A stretch of DNA of 64,000 nt, taken from Cetorhinus maximus. Lineage: Eukaryota. Under the pieces are notes generated by a model, which was not told the DNA's origin, searched no databases, and was given only the letters and a program-made list of their open reading frames with translations. Of the stretch, positions 63,921-64,000 are shown piece by piece. A program made the position numbers and the translations under genes. Positions within the stretch are counted from its first letter, which is position 1; each line of letters starts with the position of its first letter. The DNA lies in NCBI RefSeq assembly GCF_964194155.1, contig NC_135901.1:24862001-24926000 (forward strand). Direction: 5' to 3'.

Positions 63921-64000
63921 GGGTATGGTTTATTTTGCCTGGGACTTAGGAAAGTATGTGTCTTACTGTTGCCTTAATGAAAGTGCAACTGGGAGTCAGA

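Overview
Vertebrate genomic DNA, most consistent with a cartilaginous fish (shark/ray), inferred from the repeat families and ZNF start motifs. The window is a repeat-dense cluster of at least 9 paralogous C2H2 zinc-finger genes/pseudogenes with a single coding exon and no visible KRAB/SCAN/BTB domain. Two are clearly intact (24465-25418 +, 35416-36453 -); the rest are frameshifted, carry stops or are interrupted by transposons. Most units have a GC-rich NRF1/YY1/CCAAT promoter, a shared acceptor/5'UTR module and a shared 3'UTR. Between them lie CR1 LINEs (one full-length), a second LINE family with its partner SINE, L2, RTE, DeuSINE-like, Penelope fragments with hammerhead-ribozyme motifs, solo LTRs, a MITE, two decayed tRNA-Val copies and a 65-bp minisatellite. 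The most unusual feature is at 20.6-21.3 kb: an orphan TCR V-like 3' fragment with a 23-RSS faces a second, near-consensus 23-RSS that is fused in frame to a degenerate zinc finger, next to a ZNF promoter. Repeat boundaries are estimated by eye.
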